Origin: an uncultured Verrucomicrobiae bacterium
GTDB taxonomy: Bacteria; Verrucomicrobiota; Verrucomicrobiia; Limisphaerales; Palsa-1400
Assembly (NCBI GenBank): GCA_963702845.1
Contig: OY969763.1
Span: forward strand, 4,288,001-4,352,000
Direction: 5' to 3'
DNA length: 64,000 nucleotides
Shown here: positions 28,287 through 37,047 of the stretch, in pieces
Layout: every line of letters starts with the position of its first letter
How positions within the stretch are numbered: the first letter of the stretch is position 1
Translations under genes and position numbers: made by a program
Notes under the pieces: generated by a model
The model's database searches: none
Seen by the model: only the letters and a program-made list of their open reading frames with translations
What the model was told of the DNA's origin: nothing

Positions 28287-28693
28287 AAACGCTGTCTAAC
28301 AAAAGCGCCCCAACTTCGCTCAAAGTTCTATGCGCCGTCGTCATAATTTTGCTTCTCGCTTGCGTTGGCTTTTTGGCGAACGCCGTTTGGACGAATTTCT
28401 GGTGGAAGCAGCAGGTTTACGGGCTCGCACGATATCAAGGTGCCACCCGAGCGCTGCACGATTTTCAGTCTGGCAGGCTGCGACTCTTTGTCGTTGCGGG
28501 CGAGCGCGACACCGATAAATTTTCCGGCACAAATGAGGGTCCGTTTGATATTCGGTTTCCGCAGTATTATCAGAAGTCATTCCCTATGCGTTATTCGGTC
28601 GAGCAGATGGTTGACATGTATAACGAAAAAATGCGCTATATGCGTGAGCGTCCAGACAAGTTCCTGAGCACGACAAACAGCCCGAAAAAATGA
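28283..28693 (+). CDS. Hypothetical membrane-anchored protein (cassette)
   Basis: ggagga RBS with TTG start; followed by attC. Confidence 0.65.
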   Translation: MKTLSNKSAPTSLKVLCAVVIILLLACVGFLANAVWTNFWWKQQVYGLARYQGATRALHDFQSGRLRLFVVAGERDTDKFSGTNEGPFDIRFPQYYQKSFPMRYSVEQMVDMYNEKMRYMRERPDKFLSTTNSPKK

Positions 28694-28703
28694 CACGTCC
28701 CCA

Positions 28704-28796
28704 CCCTAACTTTCGCGCTCCATCGAACGGCTGGTTGACGCTACGTTTGCAATCCATGAGTCAGTGGCCCGCCGCCGCTAATCTGAATTGTTGGGC
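28704..28796 (+). repeat. attC site
   Basis: CCCTAAC...caatccatgagtcagtggcccgccgccgct...GTTGGGC; same family as 912-1004. Confidence 0.8.
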
Positions 28797-28807
28797 AGGA
28801 AAAAAGT

Positions 28808-28922
28808 CGGAGCACGTATGAACATGAAAAGCATCATTTCGAGAACCGAGTCTCTGCAGATTCTCAAGAATCAGCTTCGGAAGGATGCGCTGGAAAAGCG
28901 GGCGGCTGAGCTGAAGGACGCC
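28808..28922 (+). pseudogene. Truncated identical copy of the cassette ORF at 21398
   Basis: 115 bp identical to 21388-21502. Confidence 0.9.
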
Positions 28923-28982
28923 TGTTTAACCCAACCAATTTCGCCTTTGCGCCGACCAATTCACCACCGTCGTTTCGCGCCT

Positions 28983-30021
28983 CTATCCTTTCTTACTGGT
29001 TGTTTTTTGAAGTTTTAGGTATAGCGCCGCTGCCCCGAGACTTAGCACTGTAAACAAAATATAAACACCCAACCGATCCGATTTCGGTGTTTGACCGTGC
29101 ATCGCAACGTGGGCTGGTTGTCGCGGTTTAACCAAAACCCCATTTGTATTGCGGACGAAGAGCACGTTATTGCTATAGAAATTGGTAAGCTGGATGTTCG
29201 TTGTTGCGAGCCGTGCAACAGAAAAAAAGTCGTTCGGCAACCCAGCAGGGGCAGTTTTTACTTCAAGAAGTGCCAATTCCAAAATGGCCTTCATTTCACC
29301 TTCCACTGGTGACGAGATAGTCATGCGTTCAGGGAACCCACCGAGCTGGGTAGCAAGAACGGGAAATACATACGAAATTATCCTGAACGGCTTCACTCTT
29401 CCCTTTAATCGCAGGGAAAGTTTAACAGGCACATCGTTCGATAAGCTAAGCTCGCCCAGAACCTCGTTTCCACTCGGCGCAATAGCAGTTAATTCAGTGC
29501 CATGCCACTCGATTTTCTGAAGGTCGAAATCGGGAACTCCCATGTTCAAAAACTGACCAACATAAGCGGCAAATACACCCCCTGAAGAATCTACCGCGTT
29601 TTCCGAGTTAGAAACGCCAACAGATACCAACTTGCCAGCAACCTGATAGGTTTTTCCTTCATTCCGACCAACTAATTGAGTCCGATCTTCCCAACGAGGA
29701 CCATTTGAATCGCTCGCAACTATCGAGAAAAAAAAGTCGTTCCCTTGTCGACCGCCCTCGCAAAAGAATGTGATCGGCATCTCTACCTTCGGTGCTTTTG
29801 GCCCAACACTGAATGTAGGTACTCTTGCCGCGAAACCGTTCTACCGGAACAGGAGAGGTAAGCGCTCGCTTGAAAAAGGAAACTAAATCCAGGTCTCCGG
29901 ATTGGATTGTAGCAGCGCCAGCACTATGTGTAATGCCCAGAGAAGCAACGATAAAAACAAAGATTAGGGTAACATGCCGCCAAAGAGGGAACCTAATACC
30001 AGACAACGAGTCAAATATCAT
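28983..30021 (-). pseudogene. Frameshifted secreted protein with C-terminal TM
   Basis: Two overlapping ORFs (29659-30021 and 28983-29780). Confidence 0.55.
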
Positions 30022-30191
30022 ACGCCAATTGCCGCAATTTTCGACAAAAAAACAATGTATTGCTCAAGACCTAATCGTGTCAAAACAACGGTCACGCGTA
30101 TATCACTCAATTGGGGTATTCTTACGATGCAAGATCCACGGCCACCTTGTCTATCCACCCGAAGCGTCAGGAGTTTGAACCTCAAAAACCC

Positions 30192-30241
30192 TTGTTCGCG
30201 GATTAAAATTATGCGAACAGTTGTCGCATTAATTGTTATGC
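30192..30241 (+). repeat. attI-like site (family B)
   Basis: Ends in G|TTATGC; the cassette ends with GCATAAT (30625). Confidence 0.7.
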
Positions 30242-30630
30242 CTAAGCGTCACAAAATCCCTTTTGCCAATCGGAACCACTCCGGATGGTGGATTTTTCGT
30301 GAGGTGGAGCAGTGGGTATCGAAGAACAAGAAGCCATCGCCCCGAAGTCGTTATCCGATCTGGGAGAACACCCGATTGCTCCGCGCGAAGAACCGGAAGG
30401 AAGCATACCGCAAAGCATTGAAGCTGGGCCGCGAAGGGCATCCGTCTAAAACCAAGGAGGGCGAGTGGCGCTTCGCAGGCATTTCCATGCTCCTGCCGGT
30501 CTATGAAGACATCGAAGACGGAGCAGAGATTCTCTGGGTGGATCGTGGCTCTCTGCGACTCAGCAGCATCCGGAAGCTGGTCAAATCTAAGCGCCAGCTC
30601 CCCATTTTCGATGACAACGAAGAAGCATAA
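30238..30630 (+). CDS. DUF4288-like protein (cassette)
   Basis: WENT.LL.A....EAY.KA..LG...WRFAGI..L....DGAE. Confidence 0.7.
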   Translation: MPKRHKIPFANRNHSGWWIFREVEQWVSKNKKPSPRSRYPIWENTRLLRAKNRKEAYRKALKLGREGHPSKTKEGEWRFAGISMLLPVYEDIEDGAEILWVDRGSLRLSSIRKLVKSKRQLPIFDDNEEA

Positions 30631-30692
30631 TTATCGCGCTGCATTTCACGCGGGGACTCCGCCAGCAACGAAGGCGTTCTCAGTAGATGCAG

Positions 30693-31146
30693 GTTTCGGC
30701 ACCACCACCGTCTTCGCAACCTCCATCGCGCCAAACCTGCGCGCCACCTCCAAACACTTGTTCGCGGATTAAAAATGTGCGAACTATTGGCGTATGGCCA
30801 CATTGATTTACTGACTGGGGAGGCAGTGCTTGAAGGAGATGTCGTAAAACTCCACACTTGGTCATGTGTTGTCGTTACGGTCGTTCAGCCAGGTAGCCCG
30901 GACTGGGATGATTACGGAGGCATTTCACTGAAATGTTTGGAAGGCGGGCCGATTCGACTTGAGCGCGTCAATGAGGATCTCATTTTAGTCAGTCGGAAGG
31001 CTTCGCGATGAATTGCCTAACGAGACTATAGTTTCGGCACCACACCGTCTTCGCAACCTCCATCGCGCCAAACCTGCGCGCCACCTTTAAAACATTGTTC
31101 GCCGATAAAAACTATGCGAACAGTTGTCGCAGATTAATGGTTAAGC
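30693..31146 (+). repeat. Two tandem leader plus family-B units (30693-30790 and 31031-31146)
   Basis: About 57-bp near-identical leader, each followed by ttgttcgc...gcgaac; the second ends in G|TTAAGC. Confidence 0.8.
30775..31011 (+). CDS. Small hypothetical protein
   Basis: 78-aa ORF between the repeats; start uncertain. Confidence 0.5.
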   Translation: MCELLAYGHIDLLTGEAVLEGDVVKLHTWSCVVVTVVQPGSPDWDDYGGISLKCLEGGPIRLERVNEDLILVSRKASR

Positions 31147-31290
31147 CGGCACTCCATATGTCCCCGAAACGCTTATTCAAATTTGCGCTTTTCACCATAG
31201 CTATCGTCGGGTTTGTCGTTTACCGCACGTTCGCAAACAACCGTTACTGCATCTCGGGAAAATGCGGGTTGCAGAAATCTTGAACGATCG

Positions 31291-32013
31291 ATGCGCACCT
31301 TCCTCACAGCCAACTGGCGGTATTTGTTGATGCTTAACTACGCTGTCGATCCAGAACTACTCCGCCCCAACATTCCACCTGGCGTCGAACTGGATACTTG
31401 GAACGGCGAGAACTATCTGAGCGTTGTTGGCTTTCTTTTCCTGAGCACCAAAGTGTTCGGTGTTTCCCTGCCGCTACACTCCGATTTCGAAGAGGTGAAT
31501 CTCCGTTTCTATGTGCGACGCCGCGCTCCGGACGGCTGGCGACGTGGCGTTGTTTTTATCAAAGAAATCGTACCTCGACGTCTAATCGCGACCGTCGCTC
31601 GAACCTGCTACAACGAACCTTACGCCGTAATGCCAATGACCCACGCCATTGAGACGGTGAACGACAAATTACGCAACGGCGGGTCGGTAGAATACGCATG
31701 GCGTTATCAAGGTAAGTGGAACTCAATCTCCGCCAAGACCGTTGGCCCTCTGCAGCCGGTGATTGAAGGTTCAAAAGAAGATTTCATCACCAAGCACCAC
31801 TGGGGCTACACAGCCCAACCGAATGGCACGTGTAAAGAATACCACGTCGCGCACGAACCTTGGAATATTTGGCAGGTTGAAAAAGCCGTTTTGAATTGCG
31901 ACATTGCGCCAATTTACGGCGCGCAGTTCGTAAAACCATTAAGCGCACTTCCGGATTCAGCGTTTGTGGCGGACGGTTCACCCATAACCGTTAGTGCCGG
32001 AGTGACCATTTGA
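31291..32013 (+). CDS. DUF2071 (YqjF) family protein
   Basis: FLTANWR.L.MLNY.VDP..L...F.EVNLRFYV...HYWG-like motifs. Confidence 0.85.
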   Translation: MRTFLTANWRYLLMLNYAVDPELLRPNIPPGVELDTWNGENYLSVVGFLFLSTKVFGVSLPLHSDFEEVNLRFYVRRRAPDGWRRGVVFIKEIVPRRLIATVARTCYNEPYAVMPMTHAIETVNDKLRNGGSVEYAWRYQGKWNSISAKTVGPLQPVIEGSKEDFITKHHWGYTAQPNGTCKEYHVAHEPWNIWQVEKAVLNCDIAPIYGAQFVKPLSALPDSAFVADGSPITVSAGVTI

Positions 32014-32055
32014 AGACAAATAAAAGCGCATCGAGGGTATTACCTTTTCGTGCAT

Positions 32056-33177
32056 CTAGCCTTTAGCGCCGGCAGCGCAATCACAGCAAATACTTGGCAT
32101 CTACCATAACCGCAGTGTTTAGTTGTCACCCTTTTGAGCGACTGCCACCCGAACAAAATGTTGGTAAAGTTCCTAAACAGATGAAAACCAAGGCACTTAA
32201 GATACTAGGGACTGATCACGGTGACCTGGATTGCGGCAACAAACCGCACTTTACGACGACGCGCGCATTCACACTGATCGAACTGCTGGTGGTCATCGCG
32301 ATCATTGGCATTCTCGCGGCACTACTGTTGCCGATGCTCGCCAAGGCAAAACAAAAGGCGTTGGCCGCGCAGTGCGTTTCCAACTTGCATCAGTGGGGGC
32401 TGATTTGGACGTATTACACCGACGATTTCCGGGGATCGTACTCCGATGGCAACACCACAGCTTTCCCGACACGTGCTCTCTGGATGGCAAGCTTGAGCAA
32501 CTACTTCGGAAAAAAGCCCTATCTGTTACTTTGCCCGTCCGCGGGCGCGATGCAGAACGGAGCCCAGTTTGGCCAAAAAGAGGTGCGAGTGCCGTGGGGA
32601 TATCCCAGTGCCCAATGGTTTGGAGGGCCAACGACAAGCTTCATGATCGGAACGGACAAAAAGCCTTACTACGATCCGCAAGACACGCAAAACCCGAAAA
32701 GGCAGGCGCTGGCCAGTTATGGAGCGAACGATTGGACACTCAATTTCCCGCAAAAGTCCGGAGCTATCTCAAAATGGAATTGGCCAGCGGAAAATTTTTG
32801 GCGCACCACCGCAAACTTGACGCGGCCGACGATGATTCCCCTTATGGCCGATTCCATATGGAAAGGCAACCTGCCTACCTGGGACACTCCCGAAGGCACT
32901 CGTCCGCCGAGGTTCAATGGTGACTATCAAGGAGTGGAGTGTGAAATGATGAACTTTGCCATCGCCAGGCACGGAAATGGTCTCAACGTATGTTTTACCG
33001 ACGGGTCGACCCGCCATTATCGTCCACGAGAGCTGTGGGGGCTGAAATGGCATCAAAACTTTGACACCGAAAAAATCAATACGCTGCCAACAGATTGGTT
33101 CCCGGCTTGGATGAAGTAGTAGTTAGCAGCGGCGCCATTACGTTTGCCCGCACCTAGCCTTTAGCGCCGGCAGCGCA
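32056..33177 (+). repeat. 24-bp direct repeat (32056-32079 and 33154-33177)
   Basis: ctagcctttagcgccggcagcgca flanks the prepilin-type gene. Confidence 0.9.
32181..33119 (+). CDS. Prepilin-type N-terminal cleavage/methylation and H-X9-DG domain protein
   Basis: [27 protein letters not shown]. Confidence 0.9.
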   Translation: MKTKALKILGTDHGDLDCGNKPHFTTTRAFTLIELLVVIAIIGILAALLLPMLAKAKQKALAAQCVSNLHQWGLIWTYYTDDFRGSYSDGNTTAFPTRALWMASLSNYFGKKPYLLLCPSAGAMQNGAQFGQKEVRVPWGYPSAQWFGGPTTSFMIGTDKKPYYDPQDTQNPKRQALASYGANDWTLNFPQKSGAISKWNWPAENFWRTTANLTRPTMIPLMADSIWKGNLPTWDTPEGTRPPRFNGDYQGVECEMMNFAIARHGNGLNVCFTDGSTRHYRPRELWGLKWHQNFDTEKINTLPTDWFPAWMK

Positions 33178-33181
33178 TCTA

Positions 33182-34093
33182 CTATTTCCAGTTTTTCACT
33201 CGGTCGATATGTTCAAGTTCCGTCAAAAGATCATCGGAAATTTGACGTCCGTCTTTCCAATATTGGCGAAAATCTGCGCCCGGGGAAGGGATAGCCGCAG
33301 CGAGACGTTTTAGTTGTTTTGACATTCGATCGACGGTGGCGCGGTGGTGCTCCGACAACCGAGTATCGCGATGGAGAAACTTGTCTAGCGAGTCCGCAAC
33401 AGAATCATACACGTGCGACCCGTTTCGGTAAAATTTGATGGTTTGAGGACCGTCGATGGCATCAAACGCGTCCATTCGTTCTTTGAATCCGCGCACTATG
33501 TCCTTCAACGTCAAACCGAAGTCGATTGGCTTTTCCAGAACCGCGCCAGCGGATGCTGCCTGATTCGCAGCCACCGGCGGCGCAGGGATGGGAAGGTGCC
33601 CTGAAACGAGCTGCTTCATTACCAAATCGAGATGAGTGTACAATTGGCTGTCGAAATCTTCAATGGTGTCGAATTCGCAATAAAGCCCGCGTGTTTTCAT
33701 CGCTTGCTTGAATTGGCGCACTTTTTGAAGCTGGTCCAAATCGACGTCATGCGGAAAGTCGCCGGTACAGAAGTAAAGCATTACCCGTCCGGGGCCTTTT
33801 CTCTTCACAAATTCTTCAATCTCTTCAACGGTTCCTGAATCGGAATTAGGCGTTGACGTCCCAAGACGAGACCAGAAGATAGCAATCAAAAGTTCGCTTT
33901 CGGCAAGAATCTGTTCGTTGAGGATCTTTTGAGGATGAGCGCCAAGCGACGGCGGAACGTCCTCCCACATGTTCGGCAATAGCGTCGCATGCTCATTAGC
34001 GTTATTCCAACGATGAAACACTTCTTTGACGCGCTCCCGATGCGGTGTGACATCACCTGGCGATGCAATTGCAACCTTGATTCGGTCGGCCAT
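33182..34093 (-). CDS. DUF4062 (TIR/NDT-like) domain protein
   Basis: IASPGDV..R...PQ..N..I...LLIAIFW.RLGT.T...SGT.EE. Confidence 0.8.
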   Translation of the reverse strand: MADRIKVAIASPGDVTPHRERVKEVFHRWNNANEHATLLPNMWEDVPPSLGAHPQKILNEQILAESELLIAIFWSRLGTSTPNSDSGTVEEIEEFVKRKGPGRVMLYFCTGDFPHDVDLDQLQKVRQFKQAMKTRGLYCEFDTIEDFDSQLYTHLDLVMKQLVSGHLPIPAPPVAANQAASAGAVLEKPIDFGLTLKDIVRGFKERMDAFDAIDGPQTIKFYRNGSHVYDSVADSLDKFLHRDTRLSEHHRATVDRMSKQLKRLAAAIPSPGADFRQYWKDGRQISDDLLTELEHIDRVKNWK

Positions 34094-34187
34094 TCCAGCA
34101 GTGTGCCCAGCGAATCGAGATTTGCAGCCCAAAACTCATGGTTCGGGATTACGGTTTTGCATATAACTTGAGCGCGCCTTCGAACCA

Positions 34188-34847
34188 ATGTTTACCGACA
34201 GCCAGATTCTAGCACTCACTAGGGAGCTCAATCATCTTTTGTGGACACCTGACACGCCGCAACCCGGTCTGGCCGACGGTTTCGATCGCGTGGACCTGGT
34301 CGGCGGAAACATGCATTGCGTAGACCATGCGTTGGTCTGCGCAGCGCTTTTGGCGCGGAAGGGAGCAACCGTGACCACGCGCGCCGGGAGAGCGTTAATC
34401 GCGTATCCTGAATTGCGTGCAAATTATCGGCCTCATTTAGTCGCAAAGCACTGGTGGCTCACGACGACCGAGGGACTTTGCGACTTGAGCCTGAATTTGA
34501 GTCCGATCTCTGCGCACAAACCAATCATATACCGCAATACCAACTTAGCCGCGCCAAATTGGGCCATTGAATTCAAGCACGACTACAGTCAGGCAATCAA
34601 AGCCGCTGACAAACTCCAGAACGATCGGCTTTGCGGGGTGGTTTACCAGACGGCGAACAAAATGCTGCTTACGTTGTCGCAAATCGAAGCGGAACTCGAC
34701 AAGCCGTCCAGCGCCACACAGAAAGAGGGAATTTCAGTTTCCTATCGCGAGTTCGTAACTCACTGCGAACGCGTTTTGGAAGGCGGGCCAAGCCTACGAG
34801 GCAAGCCTCAGGTCGAAGCATGGCGGCGATTGCGAACCGCGTTCTGA
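34188..34847 (+). CDS. Hypothetical protein with a putative Cys-His-Asp (transglutaminase-like) triad
   Basis: CVDHA...LL..KG, HWWL, CDLS. Confidence 0.6.
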   Translation: MFTDSQILALTRELNHLLWTPDTPQPGLADGFDRVDLVGGNMHCVDHALVCAALLARKGATVTTRAGRALIAYPELRANYRPHLVAKHWWLTTTEGLCDLSLNLSPISAHKPIIYRNTNLAAPNWAIEFKHDYSQAIKAADKLQNDRLCGVVYQTANKMLLTLSQIEAELDKPSSATQKEGISVSYREFVTHCERVLEGGPSLRGKPQVEAWRRLRTAF

Positions 34848-34853
34848 ATCAGT

Positions 34854-36209
34854 TTACGCCGCCAGCGCCACCGGATGCGCGACAATCTTCGCTGCCCGCT
34901 CACGTTCCGCTTTGGCTTTGAATCCGCCAATGCTCTCTGGAGTGATCGTAAACCAGTTCTTCGCATCTTTTTCGGTCACCAATTCGCGGTAATGCTCAAA
35001 AATCATTTGCGGGCTGTTCCCGGCCTCCAGCGCCACTTGCGCCGCGCTTTTAACATCAGCCAGCCGATAGCTGCAGAACGAATGACGCAGCGCGTTGTGT
35101 TTCCATTCCGCTTGTGGCGCGAGAAACTTTTCCGGATTGTGCGGATCAACCGGCCGCGTGCTCGCAATCAATCGCTGAATTGCGTTCGGCACATTGTCCA
35201 GGTCCACCACAGGTCCGCGCACCTTCGCATGATTCGTGAGCCATTCCTTGAGATTCGGAACAATCGGCACCAGCCGACGCGAATTCGTTTTTGCGATGCT
35301 CGCATCAACCGTTATGTAACCAGTCTCCAAATTTATCTTCGCCCAGTCCAGCCGCTCGATCTCTGCGCTACGCAAACCAGCAAACGCGCCGATGGCTAAA
35401 AAAGGAATCAAATTATCGGGCGCAAACCCGAGCAGAAGTGAAAACTCTGCCGTCGTGAAAATCTCTACCTCATCATTCTTGGTTTTCCAGAGCGGCACCG
35501 CCTCCATTCCATTCCAGTCCGCGGGCAAATACTTCTGCGCTTTGGCGAATGAAAATAGCGTCTGAATCCCAAGCCGGAAATTATTCCGCGTGCGATTCGA
35601 CACGGAAACCTTTGGCGCCTTCTTATCCACCTTTGAAGTTTCGCGCGTGAGCCCCTGCAACCACACCTTGATTTCTAATCCGTCGACAGCGCTGATCTGT
35701 TTCGGAAACTCCCGGGCAAACTTTCCAACACGCGAGGTCAAATCATCGATATATCGATCGCTTAGCCCCTCATCGCGCTTGGCCTTGATCATTTCATTGA
35801 ATGCCTCCGTGACCGTCTTGGATGGCAGATCCATCAGATTTTGCGCGGCATAATATCGCGCAACCTCGACCAGCGACTTTCCGCGCACCAGCCTCTTAGC
35901 ATCGCGGTATTCGGCAGCGACCGTATCCAGCGAAAGCCCAAATTCTTTGACCCACTCATTGGCGCGAACATAAGCGAGACTTTCCGTTCCTGACAACCGG
36001 ACCGCCTTGGCTTCGCCCTGGGAAAGCATATTAACCTTCGTTTGCGCGTGCAGTTCCGCTGCGGGGAGGTCAGCGAACGCTTTCCGTTTCCTGACAGCTC
36101 CTTCATACCAGGCAACCGTGAATGCATCGCACCCGTGTGAGGGGGTTTTGTAGATGGTGGCGCGCGTCTGGCCAATGCGGATTACCTTGGGAAAATCGGC
36201 TTTTTTCAT
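34854..36209 (-). CDS. Tyrosine recombinase/integrase
   Basis: GLRSAE, AKT, HNALRHS, GNS and HY catalytic residues. Confidence 0.95.
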   Translation of the reverse strand: MKKADFPKVIRIGQTRATIYKTPSHGCDAFTVAWYEGAVRKRKAFADLPAAELHAQTKVNMLSQGEAKAVRLSGTESLAYVRANEWVKEFGLSLDTVAAEYRDAKRLVRGKSLVEVARYYAAQNLMDLPSKTVTEAFNEMIKAKRDEGLSDRYIDDLTSRVGKFAREFPKQISAVDGLEIKVWLQGLTRETSKVDKKAPKVSVSNRTRNNFRLGIQTLFSFAKAQKYLPADWNGMEAVPLWKTKNDEVEIFTTAEFSLLLGFAPDNLIPFLAIGAFAGLRSAEIERLDWAKINLETGYITVDASIAKTNSRRLVPIVPNLKEWLTNHAKVRGPVVDLDNVPNAIQRLIASTRPVDPHNPEKFLAPQAEWKHNALRHSFCSYRLADVKSAAQVALEAGNSPQMIFEHYRELVTEKDAKNWFTITPESIGGFKAKAERERAAKIVAHPVALAA

Positions 36210-36241
36210 CTGCGCCGAGTTTGTCAGGAAACTGTCAGGAA
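35987..36241. repeat. Putative integrase arm-type binding sites
   Basis: TGTCAGGAA at 36222 and 36233; inverted TTCCTGACA at 35987 and 36088. Confidence 0.55.
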
Positions 36242-36275
36242 GCCAAGCAAAAACCGCGTTTTCCTAAGGAAAACA

Positions 36276-36352
36276 TGGCGGGAGTGGCGGGGCTCGAACC
36301 CGTAACCTCTGCCGTGACAGGGCAGCGCTCTAACCAATTGAGCTACACCCCC
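36276..36352 (-). tRNA. tRNA-Asp(GTC)
   Basis: Full cloverleaf GGGGGTG...CTGCC-CTGTCAC-GGCAG...TTCGAGC...CACTCCCGCCA. Confidence 0.97.
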
Positions 36353-36677
36353 GAAGGGGACGCATAACTTAGAGAATGTTGCCGCCCGCGTCAATATTCT
36401 ATTCCTGTTCCTCGCTCCGCGTTTGTTTGGTCTGATGAAACATGGAACCCGTTCCATCGTGCTGCGTTCAAATCGGTCGGGTCAAAAAGTCTAGTGGTCG
36501 TCAGGATATTCCTCAATCGTCACGCCGATTATTCCCGTCGCGGGGCAGTCGGAAGTATGCCCTACGAAAAAGGAGACTTCACCCGATTGTTCGCAGATGC
36601 GGCATCGGTGAGTATGACAGTCGCCTTACACGAAGGAGTTTTACTCCTCCAAGGAAATCGCGGAAGGCAAACGCACT

Positions 36678-36980
36678 ATGAAAGTTGAAATGACAGGAGA
36701 GACGTTGCAGGTAAGTGGTTTGAAGGAGTTGGGTGAAAACAACGCAAGCATCTTTCGGCAAGAGGTGTTGTCCGCACTCAAGAAACATCAGAAGCATATC
36801 GACGTCGATCTGTCTGAGATGACGTTCGTCGACAGCCGCGGACTGGGCGCGCTGCTGGAATTGAAACAAACGTTCGACGAGCAAAGCGGCGCGATTCGTT
36901 TGCGCAATCCTTCACCGGCAGTCCAGCAGATCCTGGAATTCACGCGGATGAACAGTGTGTTCGAAATCGTGAAGGAGTGA
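36678..36980 (+). CDS. STAS-domain anti-sigma factor antagonist
   Basis: VDLSEMTFVDSRGLGAL. Confidence 0.9.
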   Translation: MKVEMTGETLQVSGLKELGENNASIFRQEVLSALKKHQKHIDVDLSEMTFVDSRGLGALLELKQTFDEQSGAIRLRNPSPAVQQILEFTRMNSVFEIVKE

Positions 36981-37047
36981 AGGTATACGGTGCCGGTTTT
37001 GGCTGGCGGGTGATTTGGTTTTAACCAAGGAAATTAAAAACGGTGAC

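Larger units (their letters stand above)
1..36275 (-). mobile_element. Integrative, terminase-encoding phage-like or satellite-like element at tRNA-Asp; left end lies outside the window
   Basis: The integrase starts 67 bp from the tRNA 3' end. The element carries a repressor/Xis pair, helicase, primase, terS/terL and cassette cargo. No second copy of the tRNA 3' end was seen in 1-36 kb. Confidence 0.8.

Noticed and set aside
551..31146. Repeats as a CRISPR array
   Set aside because: Spacing is irregular and gene-sized, the repeats are degenerate, and no cas genes are present.
34854..36209. Integrase as an integron integrase (IntI)
   Set aside because: It has a phage-type N-terminus and sits at a tRNA. 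No IntI-specific insertion was recognised and it has no adjacent attI.
1..36275. Complete prophage or conjugative ICE call
   Set aside because: No capsid, portal, tail, lysis, relaxase or T4SS genes are visible in the window.
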